A stretch of DNA of 43,703 bases, taken from a virus (Duplodnaviria; Caudoviricetes). A program made the translations under genes and the position numbers. Positions 43,065 to 43,703 of this stretch are shown here, piece by piece. Numbering within the stretch: position 1 is the stretch's first letter; the number at the start of each line of letters is the position of its first letter. Location: the IMG/VR virus record IMGVR_UViG_3300029822_000021, positions 1 through 43,703 of that record. One strand, given 5' to 3'. Under the pieces are notes generated by a model. It was not told where the DNA came from. It ran no database searches and saw nothing but the letters and a program-made list of their open reading frames with translations.

Positions 43065-43703
43065 AGGAACGATTATGGCGTCTCAAACTCACATTGTCGG
43101 TCTGGATGCGGGGAACAGCTCCGCGAAAATGGTAGTCTATTTGGAGGGAGGAGAAGGCAAACCGTTAGAGGTACTGGTGCCGAACGTCTCGGCCAGGGGC
43201 GAAGAACTGGATATTCCACCGAAAGGAGAGGACATCTGGGATCGGCTGCATCTTGAGATCCTCGAGGCTGAGGAACCTTTCGACGGTGAACGGTTTATCG
43301 GCTCACTGGCAGCGCGTCAGCTGGTCGATGTTGAGCAGGACCGGCGTAGAAATAAAGCGGCGTCGGACAATATCAACTTGATCACACCGGCGCTGCTGGC
43401 TGCCGTCTGTCAGCCAGGTGATAAGGTGGTCTTGGGGATCGGATCACCGTTTGCGGACTTTGCGACGCAGAAGCCGCAGATCATCGAACGCCTGCAACGG
43501 GAGTTCAAAGTGCGATTCGGTTCATACTCCACCAAGCCGGGACAGGTGGTCGACTTCGAAGTCTCTCACGTTTACCCATATCCGCAGACGGCTGCCGGTT
43601 ACGTCTCCCAGGCACTCGGTCGCCTCGGTAAAGAACATCCGGAATGGGATCAGCAGGCCGTGCTGGTAATTGATCTAGGCCTCGGACAATCTGGTGTAGC
43701 ATA
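43065..43703 (+). repeat. Right copy of imperfect 639-bp direct repeat
   Basis: About 90% identical to 1-639. Confidence 0.95.
43075..43703 (+). CDS. parM: Second ParM-like allele, truncated by the window end
   Basis: GGGAGG RBS, ATG at 43075, open frame MASQTHIVGLDAGNSSAK... to the window end; 8 aa differences from the copy at 11. Confidence 0.85.
   Translation, partial: MASQTHIVGLDAGNSSAKMVVYLEGGEGKPLEVLVPNVSARGEELDIPPKGEDIWDRLHLEILEAEEPFDGERFIGSLAARQLVDVEQDRRRNKAASDNINLITPALLAAVCQPGDKVVLGIGSPFADFATQKPQIIERLQREFKVRFGSYSTKPGQVVDFEVSHVYPYPQTAAGYVSQALGRLGKEHPEWDQQAVLVIDLGLGQSGVA

Larger units (their letters stand above)
1..43703. mobile_element. Temperate short-tailed (BPP-1/T7-like morphogenesis) phage genome, apparently one full unit, with serine integrase and ParMR-like partition genes
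   Basis: Complete modular set: integration, immunity, replication, packaging, head, tail/ejection, lysis. The ends repeat the same parM locus with a 43,064-bp offset. Confidence 0.93.

Overview
The window reads as one essentially complete temperate phage genome with a unit length of about 43,064 bp. Gene order: ParM-like actin ATPase plus ParR-like adaptor; an intact attP-like site inside the 3' end of a large serine integrase; two membrane 'moron' genes; an ImmA/cI/Cro switch; recombination and replication genes (Gam, Sak4-like ATPase, initiator with internal iterons, MTase, RusA); RinA; TerS/TerL; a BPP-1/T7-like short-tailed (podovirus-type) morphogenesis module that includes a DUF2829/Tad2-like gene and a 2596-aa polyvalent ejection protein; tail proteins; and a lysis cassette. 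Bases 1-639 recur at 43065-43703 at about 90% identity (63 mismatches by manual count, no indels, mostly synonymous), so two diverged parM alleles bracket the window. Regulation looks Bacillota-like (GGAGG RBSs, ImmA, RinA, LSR). The binding-domain-less endolysin and a spanin-like gene ending in a beta-hairpin plus Phe suggest a diderm Firmicute host (inference). Most notable items: (i) the attP crossover is predicted to rebuild a tmRNA/tRNA-Ala 3' end while swapping the integrase C-terminus, and a leader-peptide/hairpin covers the int RBS; (ii) the phage carries both an integrase and a ParMR-like system; (iii) a candidate new outer-membrane lysis protein; (iv) a gene cassette flanked by 13-bp inverted repeats; (v) candidate sRNAs. 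All family calls come from recognising motifs by eye; no database searches were run.
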